DNA from: Sminthopsis crassicaudata
Taxonomy: Eukaryota
Assembly (NCBI RefSeq): GCF_048593235.1
Contig: NC_133619.1
Location: forward strand, 330,164,454-330,228,453
Reading direction: 5' to 3'
DNA: 64,000 bases
Positions 38,976 through 52,597 of the stretch are shown piece by piece. Below the pieces are notes generated by a model, which was not told where the DNA came from, ran no database searches, and was given only the letters and a program-made list of their open reading frames with translations. The position numbers and the translations under genes were made by a program. The first letter of the stretch is position 1. Every line of letters begins with the position of its first letter.

Positions 38976-39117
38976 TAAAGTGTGTCCCAAAAGTCTTAAT
39001 GTGATTTTATTTTGAGTTTAAAAGTTTTTGGATTTGGTGTCCCATAGATCTTAGTGCCATTTTAAAGTTGAAACTTTAAATTTAAAAATGACAGTAAGAC
39101 TTTTGGGACATCTTGTG
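38976..39117. mobile_element. Tc1/mariner-type MITE (second copy at ~42168-42261)
   Basis: Perfect 16-bp inverted repeat tgtcccaaaagtctta (38983-38998) / taagacttttgggaca (39095-39110). Confidence 0.75.
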
Positions 39118-42100
39118 TTGTTCAGTCATGTGGTTGACTTTATCTGTCCATTTATTTGTGTGTAGATGGTAGGACAATTACATGTAGATTGTCAAAAACC
39201 AAGAGCCACACATGGAAAAAGTCATAAAATGGTTAGAACAGTAGAGAGCATCTTATCCAGTCTCCTAATTTTTTTCATGAAGAAAATAAGATTTTCCATT
39301 AGATAATAGATGCAGGCCTTAGAGACCATCAAGTCCAAATCAAATCAAATCAAGTCATTTAGCAATGAGTAAAATGAGACTCTGAGAAACCAAGTGATTT
39401 GCCCAGGAGCACATAGCCATTTCAAGAGTCAGAGATGTTTGCATTCCCTTTTTAGATATAGGTCAAAATAACTCCACACATTAGTAGATAGTCTTTACAA
39501 GTTACAGTGAATTATAAAAAGTAATAAAATTAATAACAGTAAGGAGAAAGAAATAATTATATGACATAAATTATATTTTAAAACTTACTCATTGACTTTA
39601 GTATTAATGAAATAATAGCAATGTTAATTCATTGGTTGCTAGCCTCCTTCTGATTATGAGCCTGTTGAAAACCTAATGAAGCTTCTTATTTTACAAGAGA
39701 TATTTTCCTACTAGGTGTGTTACTGAGGTCTTTCCAAGTTTGGTAGAACCTTCCAGGGCTTGGTCTCCTCTGTCACAGCTTTTTTAAGAGTCCAGAATCA
39801 TCACCATGCTATGAGGTGACTTTTGAAGTTCTGTGAGATGTATGATATCAACAAAATCCTCTATTCCCAAAGATATAACAAGGGAACCAGTATAGCCAAA
39901 AGACAGGTGTGAAGCAAAAGCTATGAAATCTAGTTGGTATTCAGTAGTGTACATATAAGGACTATGGGCAGTGTGATAAAGTAGAAAGGGTGTTGTACTT
40001 AGAGCTGAGGATCTAGGTTCAGATTCCAGTTCTGCTTCTGACTAGTTACATGCTCTTTGGAAATAATAATAAGAAGTAGCATTTAAATTATGCTTTAAAA
40101 TTTGCAGAATGCTTTGCAAATATTATCTCACTTTATCTTCACAACAGCCTTGTGTCTGTTGTTTAGCTGTTTTGCAGTCATATTTTATTCTTCAAAACCT
40201 CATTTGGGGTTTTCTTGTCAAAGATGCTGGAGTGGCTTGCCATTTCCTTCTCCAGTTCATTTTATAGATGAAGAAACTGAGGCACACTGGTTGAAGTGAC
40301 TTGCCCAGAATCACATAGCTAATAAGTGTCTTGGGACAGCTTTGAATATAGATCTTCTTGACTTCAGACTGGGTCCTCTCTCCACTGCACCACTTGCCTG
40401 CCCTAACAGAAAGGTGTTAGGGTTGCTCAGTTATAGATCTGGCATCAACAATAGGCTACTATTCTGGGGAAAAACCTGGTCTTAATTCATTCTTTCCAGC
40501 ACTCTATATACTAGGCAATCTACAAGCCCTGTGAGTTATTATCTTCTTTTGTTATCTCCTTTTTGTATCTGGAAAAGCTAAGGCACAGAGCTTCAGAGAC
40601 TCACCTAGAGATCACATAGCTGATAAGAATCTGAGGCTGGGTTAGAAGTGATTCTATTTCCAAGTCTGTTACCTAGCTATTAAGTCATTTCAACTCTCTG
40701 GACATTAATTTCTTCATCTCTAAGATGACCTTGTAGAACTAGGTGGTTTCTAAGGTCTCCTTCAGCCCTAAGTCTATAATTCTGTGAGCCAAAGAAATTT
40801 TAAAATCATCCAGCCCGGCCCCCTTATTATTTGGATGTAGAAATTCAGGTTCTGAGAATTAAGTGATTTGTCCAAAGTTACATTTATTTTGCATTGAAGT
40901 CAAGATTCTCATCCAGATCCTTTGACTCCAAGATTCTTCATTTTTTCAGAATGGGCCACCTTTAGAAGGCCTGTCATTACCAGAAATCACTATTAAGTGG
41001 GAAGGGAGTGACAAAGTTTAGTGACCCACTGTCCCATGGCCTTTGCCAAGATTATTAATGATTAAAGTGATTTCTGGGGACACTGGTAGGCACTTTAAAT
41101 AAGACACAACCATCACAAGATATTATATATTGCTTGAAATTCTAATTTTAGTGGACCATTCAAAGATCTGGAATGAAAGCTGTACAGTCATACAGATATT
41201 GCTCAATAGAATATTAAGCACAGAATAAGCTAATCAAGGTTTTCTACAACTCAAGATCTACTAGTGAGAGTGAAGTAATGAGACAGAAGTCATCAACAGA
41301 ATTCGTTCCCCAGGCAGTAGACTACTTGGGGTTAATTAACCCTCTCCTGTTCACTTAACGCCTTTTTTTCTGGTCTTCCCTGGTCCTGAAGATCCTGGAT
41401 ATCGGGAACCAATGTGTCTTACTGTCTTTCTCTCTCATTTCTATACTCTCTAACACAACAGAGTCCAAAATGAGGAAGGGCTCCTGGCCTTTGGGGAAAT
41501 GAACTTCATCATCATAATATCCACCTAAATGCTGAAAACATGGAAGTATTGCAAAAAATCATGTCTTTCTAGAATCCCCTTTTATTGGTCCCAGTTTCTG
41601 CCCTCTACAGCTGTCTCATTCAGCATCCCACACACACACACACACAATGGCCCTTCAGCTATGGGAAGACAGTGATCAAATTTGTCTTGGATAAAGGAGA
41701 AAGATCTGAAGGACCAAAATGGATACTAACATAAAATAGTGTATTTGCATAATAATGTCCCTGGTCCCAGGGCTGATAAGTACCTTAGAATTCATGTAAT
41801 CTGAGTATTAACTTTACTATATCATGAATTCCTTTCCAAAACAGTGTTTTCATATATATATAAAACCAAACACACAGGATTACCAAGTATAACAATTATA
41901 TTGAAATACATGTGTTAAAGTGCAAAATAAATAAAGATTTTTAAAATAAATTCATAAACTCCAGATTAAGAATACCTGATTGAACCCAATCAGTGAAATA
42001 TTTCCTTCTATAATATCCCTGAAAGGTGATCATCCATTCATCTTCTGCTTAAGTGCTTTCAGCAATAGGAAACTCACTATTTCATGAGTCAACCTATTCC

Positions 42101-43836
42101 ATTATTGCAGTGACCCATAAAAAAGAATTCTCTACACAGTAATTAAATAAAAGACTGTAGGCTAATATTATATGTAAAAACAATCTTGGTATAGTTTTAA
42201 CCTTTAATAGCTTAAAGAGCATAGCTTTAAAAATGTACTAAGACTTTTGGGACACCCTATATGTTCCAAAAGCTCGTCTAAATTTTACAAGGAATTTTTT
42301 TTAATGAATCCCGGGGTTCTGGACTCAAATTTCTTATATGTTTGGCCATTCAGGTTGTCTAATTGGGAATCCACCACAGCTGACCATTACAGTACCCAGT
42401 GGGTTTCAGTCAGAACTTGCAAAGATTGATTGAACACATAGCTTGGTAATCCAGGACAAGGTCCAGATCCCCTGAAAGGGTAATACCTTATCAGCTCTAA
42501 TTTTAAGAAAACTTATCAAGAGTTTCCATCATAGAGTCATCAAGGCCCAAAGAATGTCATTTAACTTTCCACATAGTCACTTGAGATACAATCAGACAGA
42601 ATCTAAGCAAACTCCAAGGACTCACCATTGGCCAGTCCACACTTGCTACACAAGCATTAAATGGACCCATAGACAAAGTGGGTTAAAAAAACAACTTTTG
42701 TTCACCAAGAGTTTCTATTTGGGGAAAAAGGGGGTGAGGAACAGTTAATAATAGGTAATAAATGAACAACAAAATAAACAATAATAAAACCAGTGTCTCT
42801 ATAGATTTAAAACACAATTTCTTTTTTCATGTCCATGCCTGTGATTTCATTGGTGTAGAGAATTCGCATTGAAGAAACTTCTCCTACCAATACAAATCTA
42901 TACTTGTTCTATGTTTTATAGACTTAGAGGGTTGTCCATAGTACTAATAGTGGATTAAATATATTAAGATAAGCCACAAGTTCATTTCAATTCAAATGTA
43001 TTTATTCAGTCCAAGGGGACTGATCTGCAAATCCAATACATGGCATTAAATTGGGGGTTCATCAAGTCAAGAGGCCTAGAAAAAAGGATAAATCAGTGAA
43101 AAGTGACTTACCTCGCAAAGCATCCCCTGGGAAGCTGTGGTATGGAATAAGGGTCCTATAGACCCCAGAAGAGAGAGAGCTCGGAGAGTACTGGGAACTG
43201 AGGCCTTGGAAGCTAGTCCTTGGAGAGTTTGAGGGGCAGGGTGAAGGGGAGTGAGGCATGAGTATGAAATTATACATAGGAATCACAAAGTAAACCAATC
43301 CATCATCTGCCCCCATAACACTATCTAGAACAGTGTTCATAACATAGCAGGTATTCATTAAGTGTCCTGTGATCCTTCCAATTTTACACTAGAAAGAACA
43401 TTAGCTCTGAACCCAAAGGACCTGGTTTCAGACCCCATCATGATTTTTACTACCAGTGTGATCTTGGACTAATCACTGTAAAATTTGTAAATTTGTAAAA
43501 TGACTCAATGGCCCTGCTTCTTCCTTCCAATTCTGTATATGTGATCCTGTATGGGCACAAAAATAGAAATACAGATTTTTTTCAATAAAACATATTCATA
43601 CTTTAACAACAATGTATTTTTTAAATGAAAATTATGGTATTGGAATGTTCCATTAGGTTAGTGAAACAAAATCTTCAGAATGTTTCAGCAATTTGGCATT
43701 TTTGAGAATGGCAGCTATAAATTGAATGCTAGGTGCACATTGAGTACTGGGCTGGAAATTAGGAAGACTCATCTTGAAGAGTTCAGCTCCAACCTAAGAT
43801 ACTTGCTAGCTGTGTAGACCTGGGCAAGTCATCTAT

Positions 43837-44233
43837 TGTAATGTGCTGTTGTCTCCAGAAGCTGTCGATCGCTCTCTGGGAGGAAATCTGCTGTGTCAAC
43901 TCAAATCTCTCGGACAGATTCTTCTTCCTGTAGAGAGCCGACTTCCCTTCCTGCAGAGAGCTGCCTCAAGTCTCATCCAGACAAAACTCCCTTTTCCTCC
44001 AGAGCTGCCTTCTTTTATCCTCCCAGAGAATGTGCGTGGGATAATGCAAGGGCTTCTGGGAAAAATTACTTCAACCAATGAACTTGCTCTTCCTAAGCAT
44101 GCAAGCTCTTCCCCAGGAATTCACAAGTAAAACTCCCAGTAAATGCCAGAACTAGAGAATTGTCAAGTACCGACAGCACTTAGTAAGAACCTAATATCTC
44201 ATTATCTCATTAGCACTTAATAAGAACCTAACA
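43837..44233 (-). mobile_element. Young solo LTR (ERV2-like) inserted in a MIR
   Basis: TGT...ACA termini, perfect 6-bp TSD atctat (43831-43836, 44234-44239), several CpGs retained. Orientation inferred from a minus-strand TATA-like ggataaaag. Confidence 0.88.
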
Positions 44234-45534
44234 ATCTATAAAATAGACTAGAGAGGAAAATAACAAACCATTGCAATATCTTCCTCCCCAGTAGTATTTT
44301 ATTTTTCCAACATTCATTTTTGTAACTTTTTGTTCCAAATTTTTCTTCCTACATCACTGCTTCTTCTCTCTCTAAGACAGTGATCAATCTGATATAGATT
44401 AAATATACATTGCAGTATATTTGCCAAGAAAATCCCAAATGGAGTCATAAAGAGCTAGACATGACTATAGCAATTCAACTACAACAACAACTAAAAACTA
44501 CGTACACATGCACAAAGTTCATATTCATATAGTACCCGCTTTCCAGGTAAATGAGCTCCCAGATAACCCTTGTCTCACACTCATCTCAATTGTGTTACCA
44601 GTTCAGTTTCAGAGTTGCTCCTCAAACATAATTGCCCCTGAATAGCATTTTCTGTTTTCTAATAACACTTAGAGATCCACTTAAACTGTCATGGTTTCTA
44701 CTTCTTTCTCTATATGTCAATTATATAGACAATTCCATAATATAGTCAGCAAAGAGTCATTGATCACTACATTAAAGGGGGAAAAAAAGCCTTAAAGGAC
44801 ACTTGCTCATTCAACAAGTTTTTTTTTAAAGCATCTGTGTTGCTTTAGGGACTATGCTAGATTTTTATATAGTCCTTTCCTTAAGGGATTTGATAGGTGA
44901 TAAGAAAAGCTGAATAAGTTTCTAGGATCTCTTATTTCCATAAGGAAAATAACATGTACACAACTAGAACATAAGATATTCTACGGATTTTATGGGAGTT
45001 CAGAGGAAGGAAACATTACTGTGAAAGAGGCATGGTAGCTTAGTGGAAATGGCATGATGTTTACAGAATTGATGGATTTGGAATCAAGCTTTACCACTTA
45101 ATATCTATGAGACATTGGAAAATCAACTAAGTCCAGTAGACTTGAGTATCACTATTTTCCCCAATGGCACCTCTTCAGACACTATGAATGTGATTTGGGG
45201 AATAACATGGGTGGATGACTTTTACTAATTCCAGAGCATACACATTGGGCATTGGTCCCTTATTCTCTCCTTAGGTCTATAGCCCTGCTGCTCTACTATA
45301 TACTAGGATTTCCAGAGGTATTCTTACTAACTCCATTATATAGAACAGAAGTGTGAAATTCCAGGTCTGCAAGTCACAAGTGGTCCACAAAACTCCTCAG
45401 TTCTTTTAAAGTTTAGAATGTAATCGGAAAATATTTAACAATTTTTTAAAGTAGAATATAAAATATACAATGTTAATTTGTGGCTTTCCAAGTCAATATG
45501 TGTCTGTGGAGATCTGTTTCTATTAGATCATGGC

Positions 45535-47000
45535 ATTCAGGTAACCCAATAATTCTTAGATTGTCTCTACTGGATTTATATTCCAGGATTTTATATTTTC
45601 TTCTACCTTTTCATTTTTTTGATTGATCTTTGTTGTCTCATTGAGTCATTCTCTTCCATTTGTCCAATTCTAATTTTTAGTGAATTATATTCTTCAGTTG
45701 GCTTTTTTTTAACCTTCTTTTGCATTTGATCAATTGTACTTTTAAAGTATTGATTTTTCAGTATATATATTTTTCCATTTTGTCAAATTTGTTTTTAAGA
45801 AGTTCAATATATTTTCCCATTTTGCCAAATTTATTTTTTAAATTGGTTTCTTCAGATAATTTCTGCACTTCCTTTTCTAAGTTGTTGGTTTTTCCTCTCC
45901 AGACTTTCATAGTTCTTCATAGTTCATAGCTTTCATTTCTTTCCTCCATTTTTCTTCTCTCTTATAAGATCTTTTTTGAGCTCTTCCAAGAAAGCCTTTT
46001 TGAGATTGAAACCAGTTCATAGCCCTTTTGAGACTTCACATGTGGCATTTTGCCTTTGTTTCCGGGTTTCTGTTCTGATCTTCCCTTTTACCATAGTAGG
46101 TTTCTATGGTTAGAGCTCTTTTTGCTTTTTTGCTCATTTCTAAAAGTTGACCTCTGTTCCTAGGGCATAAGGAANNNNNNNNNNNNNNNNNNNNNNNNNN
46201 NNNNNNNNNNNNNNNNNNNNNNNNNNNNNNNNNNNNNNNNNNNNNNNNNNNNNNNNNNNNNNNNNNNNNNNNNNNNNNNNNNNNNNNNNNNNNNNNNNNN
46301 NNNNNNNNNNNNNNNNNNNNNNNNNNNNNNNNNNNNNNNNNNNNNNNNNNNNNNNNNNNNNNNNNNNNNNNNNNNNNNNNNNNNNNNNNNNNNNNNNNNN
46401 NNNNNNNNNNNNNNNNNNNNNNNNNNNNNNNNNNNNNNNNNNNNNNNNNNNNNNNNNNNNNNNNNNNNNNNNNNNNNNNNNNNNNNNNNNNNNNNNNNNN
46501 NNNNNNNNNNNNNNNNNNNNNNNNNCAGTCTTTCACAGACTTTCCACTGAGCTGGAGCCAATTGTGCTGTAGGCTCTCCCATTGTCCTAGGTTGCCTGGG
46601 ATTCAGAGACTTACAATTTGTCTTCTGTGGTTGTTTTGGAGGTCTCACAGCTGGTTGCTGATTCACTGGCCCTATGAACCAGGACAGATTAGCCAATGTT
46701 GCTGTACTTTGGCTAACAGCATCCCACTAGATTCCCTGTCCAGACCTCCCCACACTAGGCCTCCCTGCACCTGACTTCCCTGTTCTGTGCCTGCACTAAG
46801 CTGTATCGCCGCCTGCCCAATTCAGACTGACTTTTCCTAAAGTCCTTCCAAGATATTATAAGCTGGAAAAAAATTACACTCTGAATGTTTGTGGGTTCTG
46901 TCATTCCAAATTCATTCAGAGTCTTATTCTAGCATTGATTAAAGCTGGGGAGAGCTCAGGCAATGTCCTGTCTTCTCTCTGCCATTTTGGCTCTGCCTCT
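45535..47000 (-). mobile_element. Old L1/HAL1 5' UTR-ORF1 portion (spans a gap)
   Basis: T-rich antisense ORF1-like sequence, ending in the 5' motif ctgccattttggctctgcc. Confidence 0.65.
46175..46525. other. Assembly gap (351 N)
   Basis: Run of N inside an L1. Confidence 1.
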
Positions 47001-47619
47001 GACCTGTTTCTATTTGAGTTTGACTCTATTAGGGCAGAGTGAATTCTTTCTGCTTACTTATGATTAGTGGAAGCAAGTGAAGATTTAGACAGCTCAGAAT
47101 TTAAGTGAACCAATTGCAACAAAGACTATCAGAACATGTGGTGGATTACCATAAACAAGTAGCCCTAGCAATTGGGCACAGGTCTGATTACTTGAGGGAA
47201 CTAGAAAAGTAATATCTACCAATTCTAGAAAGGTGTGATGCTGTAAAAGTTACAGAACAAGACTCCTGCTCAGTTACTCTTTGGAGAGGCAATAGTGGTC
47301 AACTTGAGCAGCCCCCAACTTTCCAACAATTATTTAATATATACTCAATGGTATGGGCAATGAGTTCTAAGGGAAAAAAACACACATATAAAACATTTTC
47401 ATAATTCCCATCAAGGTATATGACTAAGCCAAATTAGAACAAAATTCTAGAGTGATAATAACATCACATCCTAATTTTACTAGACATAGCTTCACATTAG
47501 ATCTTGTGTTCTTTCTGCTTATTAAAATGGTAACACTGAATGAAGAAATGAATGATTAAGCGTTTAATATACATTTACTATGCTCCAGATGTTAAGAGAA
47601 AAATTTTTTGTTTAATCTG

Positions 47620-48520
47620 ATTAATGAAGCAAAACTTAGGATAAAGACGATTAAAATGAGTCTCTTGTGAGTATGTCAAGGTTTCAACATGTTAGCAGGC
47701 TGATCACTGGAAATAAAGCTTTAAGGTGGGGTCAGCTTTTATAGGTAACTTTCATAAAGAGATATTTCATAATAAGATTGTTCCACATCAGCAACAGAGG
47801 CTGGGTTCTTGTATTTCAGTTCTTCCCCAAGATAGCAATTATGTGACAATTTCTATATATATTCAAGTCGGACAAAACTTGATGCTGTCCCCCCAACCCT
47901 GATTTACAAGCAGAGATGGAAATAATGGTCATTGAGTCAACATAACTTTCAATAAAACACTGTGCTGACATTAAGAATATAAATACAAGCAAGATAATCT
48001 CTACCCTGAAGGAGTTTACATTCTGACAAGAGGATATAACAAATAAAAGTGTATTGGAAAAGGTAGGGAATATCTGGATGGCAAATAAGATGGAGGTCTG
48101 GTTTCCAGCAAAATAAAGGGTGTGCTCTCCTATTAGAGCCTAACATCTCAGGAGTAAAGCCCAAGGTTGGGAAGGAGATGAGGAGAATGGCAGCAGGAGG
48201 AATAGCCTGGTTTGGAGAAAGCATCTGCCTAGGAAAGGGGATTCTTTTATTTAGATGTAAAAGAGAAACTGGGAACCCCAATCAGAAATTTCCTTCTAGC
48301 ACTGAACAACCTCAATCATAGTGAAAAATCCATAAGAAAGAGGGGTCTGAAGGAAAGCAAGGGAAAGGAGAAAGAATAAGCCATCTTGATCAACATCTAT
48401 TATCACTCTAAGGTGGGGATAGAGCTGTGATAAAAACCTATTTTATCAACAATACCCAGAACTGGAGTTGTGCAGCAAGATCCAACTGATCCAATCAATT
48501 TACAGAATTTTTGTTCTCAG
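47620..48520 (-). pseudogene. Gypsy integrase core and C-terminal remnant
   Basis: FITALSPP (cf. DFITDLPP), KMAYSF (cf. KMAHF), ISDWGSQF (cf. VSDRGSQF), MKYLFMKVTYK/KLTP (cf. TKNLxLKVPSKKLAP), RLYPKF (cf. RIHPVF). Confidence 0.7.
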
Positions 48521-49089
48521 TGTATATTTCATAGATAAATGTTATTTTTGTTAGTGTTGTTAGTTGTTAGTGTCCCAACTTTGGTTAACAAAAATCATAA
48601 GAAATTCTGCAAGACATTGAATGGCTTTCTGTGACCCACCACCATACTGTCATGACTAATCATCATCATCATCCCCTGAACCTGGGTTCTTTTCAAATAA
48701 TGTCTCATTTGTGATTCACAATAACCTTATGAGGAAATGCTTTTATTATCCCAATTTTGTAGTTGGGGAAACTGAGGCAAGCAGAGGTTGTTAGGGTTTT
48801 TAAGTGTCTTACCCAGAATTACACAGCTAATAAGGACATTATCTGAGGACACATTTGAAGCTCTTCCTGACTCCAGACCCAGCACTCTACCACTTGCATG
48901 CCCAAAGACAGCAGAGATAGAACTTTGTCAGGAAAAATGTTAAGGCAGGCAGAAGTTCAAGAGCCCATCCAATATTGACTCTCCTCCAGGAGGGTCATTC
49001 CTTCTCCTCTAAATTTAAGCACAATGTCCATGAATTAAAACATTAAAAACTTCATAACCTAATGCAGAAAAGCAGAAATATTTGTTACA

Positions 49090-49400
49090 ACATAGCATTT
49101 TCGCTCTTTTTGTTGTTTGCTTGCATTTTGTTTCTTTCTCATTTTTTTCCCTTTTTGATCTGATTTTTCTTATGTAGCATATTTGTGGAAATGTGTATAG
49201 AAGAACTGCACATGTTTAACATATAGTTTATTACTTGCAGCCTAGGGGAGGGGATGGAGGAAAGAGAGAGAAAAAATTTGGAATATAAAGTTTTGGAAGG
49301 ATGAATGTTGAAAGCTATCTATGCATTTGTTTTGAAAATAAAAAAAAATCTTTAAAGAAAAAAATGAAAAAGAAAAAAATAAAAATAAAAATAAATTTAA
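49090..49400 (+). mobile_element. L1 3' UTR fragment inserted in the Gypsy fossil
   Basis: catagcattttcgctc...ttgatctgatttttct...aaaaaatttggaat...tttgaaaataaaaaa plus A-rich tail. Confidence 0.8.
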
Positions 49401-49863
49401 GTACAAGTATCCCTTCCCAAGCTCTATGAATATACTTCCTCTTCACCCAATCTCTTCCATTAGATCAGAGATTTCCTGATACTCCTTGCTTTGACCTTCC
49501 GCCAGCTCTTTTATTCATGTTATTATTCTCTATTTCAGCCAAACTCACCTGAATCATTCTGCCCTCCCCAGAATATGAACACACTTACCATTGAACACAC
49601 CCAGAAAGTAATCTCTGCTAGCACATGCACTCAGTACCAGCTTCAAAATAATGTCTATAGTCACCTAAGTACTTCCAATAATTATTCACAAAAAAGTAGA
49701 TGAAAATTCTTACTGAAAATGCTGGAACCTAACAATAATTATCACATACCTTTTGCTAGAAAATTAATTTTTAAAATAACTGATGGAATTTAATTGATTG
49801 CAAAGTTTTGGGGGTCTATATTCCTAGATAATTCAGGTTTTGAATGAGCACATCTATCCACAA

Positions 49864-50110
49864 ATTGTATTGTCCAGCAACATAGATAATAAGGAAGTTA
49901 GACCAACTGGGAAATACTGCTCAAGAGATCTGTCATTGATTGAGTTGGTCTATAGTTATTCTATGTCTAGAAAATGGAGGAAACTACACCATTCAAGTTA
50001 GTACCTTTATACCTTACATGTAGCTTTTATTGTGAACAATCATTACACATTTTTCCAGATTCCAAAGTTCCTTTCTATGTCACTCAAATTATAGGAAAAG
50101 TATATATCAA
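49864..50110 (-). pseudogene. Gypsy RNase H remnant
   Basis: YFSYNLSDIERNFGI...LFTIKATCKV*RY*LE...LNQ*QIS*AVFPSWSNFLIIYVAGQYN (cf. YFSRKLSPAERNYDI...LLAIKAAFEEWRHWLE...[27 protein letters not shown]). Stops fall at expected Trp/Arg codons. Confidence 0.85.
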
Positions 50111-50687
50111 GTCATGTCATGGAGTACAGCACATGGAGATGGGAAAAGAATCACTTCCAGATTGTACTATTTCTATAAGGAGGAATAAAATTAAGATGAG
50201 AGCTAAATAAAAATAATTCATTAAATGCAGTCAGCACTTCTGATGTTCACTATATAATGTCTTGTGGTGCTTTTACAGATCTCTGGGAGATACTGTCCAA
50301 GGTCAGATCCTAGGATGGAATGATACTACCATCTGAGTAAAGACAAAGATGAAAGGAAGAGAAAGAAAAAGAAAAAAAGGGGTGGATCATTTAAGTGGCT
50401 ACTATATGGCAGCTAGGTGGTACAGTGGACAGAGTGCTGGACCTAGGATCAGAAAGACTCATCTTCCTAGATTCAAATCTGGCCTCAGACACTTCCTAGC
50501 TGTGTGACACTGCACAAGTCATTTAACCCTGTTTGACTCAGTTTCCTTACCTATAAAATTAGGTGGAGAAGTAAAGGGCAAATCACTTAAGTATCTTGGC
50601 CAAGAAAACCCCAAATGTGGTTACAAAGAGTCAGACACAACTGAAAAACAATATAACGTCATATTAACTAACTTGTTACTCACAACA

Positions 50688-50855
50688 NNNNNNNNNNNNN
50701 NNNNNNNNNNNNNNNNNNNNNNNNNNNNNNNNNNNNNNNNNNNNNNNNNNNNNNNNNNNNNNNNNNNNNNNNNNNNNNNNNNNNNNNNNNNNNNNNNNNN
50801 NNNNNNNNNNNNNNNNNNNNNNNNNNNNNNNNNNNNNNNNNNNNNNNNNNNNNNN
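50688..50855. other. Assembly gap (168 N)
   Basis: Run of N at an L1 3' end. Confidence 1.
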
Positions 50856-52202
50856 TGGTACATTGCATGGGTGATGTTTTACAACATTATCCCTTGCACT
50901 CCTGTTCCAATATTTCCCTTCCTTCCCTCCACCCCCTTCCCTAGATGGCAAGCAGTCTTATACATGTTAGATATATTATAGTATATCCTATGTGTACATA
51001 TGTGTACATATGTGTATATGTGTACAGAACTGAATTTCTTGTTGCACAGGAAGAATTGGATTCAGAAAGTAAAAATAACATGGGAAGAAAAACAAGAATG
51101 CAAACCGTTTACACTCATTTCCCAGTGTTCCTTCTCTGGGTATAGCTGATTCTGTCCATCATTGATCAATTAGAACTGAATTAGATCTTCTCTTTGTCAA
51201 AGATATCCACTTCCATCAGAATACATCTTCATACAGTATTGTTGAAGTGTATAATGATCTCTTGTTCCTGCTCATTTCACTCAGCATCAGATGATGTCTC
51301 TCCAAGCCTCTCTGTATTCATCCTGCTGGTCATTTCTTACAGAGCAATAATATTCCATAACCTTCATATACCATAATTTACCCAACCATTCTCCAATTGA
51401 TGGACATCCATTCATTTTCCAGTTTCTGGCCACTACAAAAAGGGCTGCCACAAACATTCTTGCACATACAGATCCCTTTCCGCTTCTTTAGTATTTCTTT
51501 GGGATATAAGCCCAGTAGTAGCACTGCTGGATCAAAGGGTATGCACAGTTTGATAACTTTTGGGGCATAATTCCAGATTGCTCTCCAGAATGGCTGGATT
51601 CTTTCACAACTCCACCAACTATGTATTAGTGTCCCAGTTTTCCCACATCCTCTTCAACATTCATCATTATTTGTTCCTATCATCTTAGCCAATCTGATAG
51701 ATGTGTAGTGATATCTCAGAGTTGTCTTAATTTGCATTTCTCTTATCAATAGTAATTTGGAACACTCATATGAGTGGAAATAGTTTCAATTTCATCATCT
51801 GAAAATTGTCTGATCATATCCTTTGACCATTTATCAATTGGAGAATGGCTTGATTTCTTATAAATTAGAGTCAGTTCTCCATATATTTTGGAAATGAGGC
51901 CTTTATCAGAACCTTTAACTGTAAAAATATTTTCCCAATTTGTTACTTCCCTTCTAATCTTGTTTGCATTAGTTTTGGTTGTACAAAAGTTTTTTTAATT
52001 TGACGTAATCAAAATCTTCTATTTTGTGATCAATAATGATCTCTAGTTCTCCTTTGGTCATGAATTTCTTCCTCCTCCACAAGTCTGAGAGTTTACCTAT
52101 CCTATGTTCCTCTAATTTATTTATGATCTCGTTCTTTATGCCTAAAACCTGGACCCATTTTGATCTTATCTTGGTATGTGATGTTAAGTGTGGGTCCATG
52201 CC
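50856..52202 (-). mobile_element. Relatively young L1, ORF2 C-terminal part and 3' UTR (3' end runs into a gap)
   Basis: Minus strand reads MDPHLTSHTKIRSKWVQVLGIK...FMTKGELE...FDYVKLK (L1 ORF2), followed by a dasyurid-type 3' UTR. Confidence 0.9.
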
Positions 52203-52334
52203 TAATTTGGCAGACAACAGTTTAATGACTTGCCCAGGGTCTACAGTGAAGAAGAAGAATTTAAAAAGTCTGAGACTGGATTGTAATTCAAGTTTTCCTG
52301 ATTCTAGGTCCAGTGCTCTTTTCAATGTTCCACT

Positions 52335-52552
52335 TAGGTTTTTCAAGATGGCAGGAATCCTCCACTGTAGTACGGTCTCCACATAGATTGGTTTCATATA
52401 GACTCCCCACCGACTGTTTGTGTGCCCCAGTAATTCCATCTCCTCCTTAAAATGGCATTTGTCCAATTCAGTGAATAGCTAGTGCTCCCTCAGGCTCTGG
52501 CAGATGCCCAGATCAATTGAGTGTTCTTGGCAAGATAGTGGGAGTAGGTAAG

Positions 52553-52597
<45 letters not shown>

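Noticed and set aside
47050-47330. Plus-strand gag-like reading (QLQQRLSEHVVDY...QPPTFQQLFN)
   Set aside because: Only vague similarity, with stops. The region is better explained by the minus-strand Gypsy tail.
49688-49720. IFSKNFHLLFC as the integrase FSKxxHF motif
   Set aside because: A better-spaced integrase core (FITAL, KMAYSF, ISDWGSQF) lies at 48266-48434, so this match is probably coincidental.
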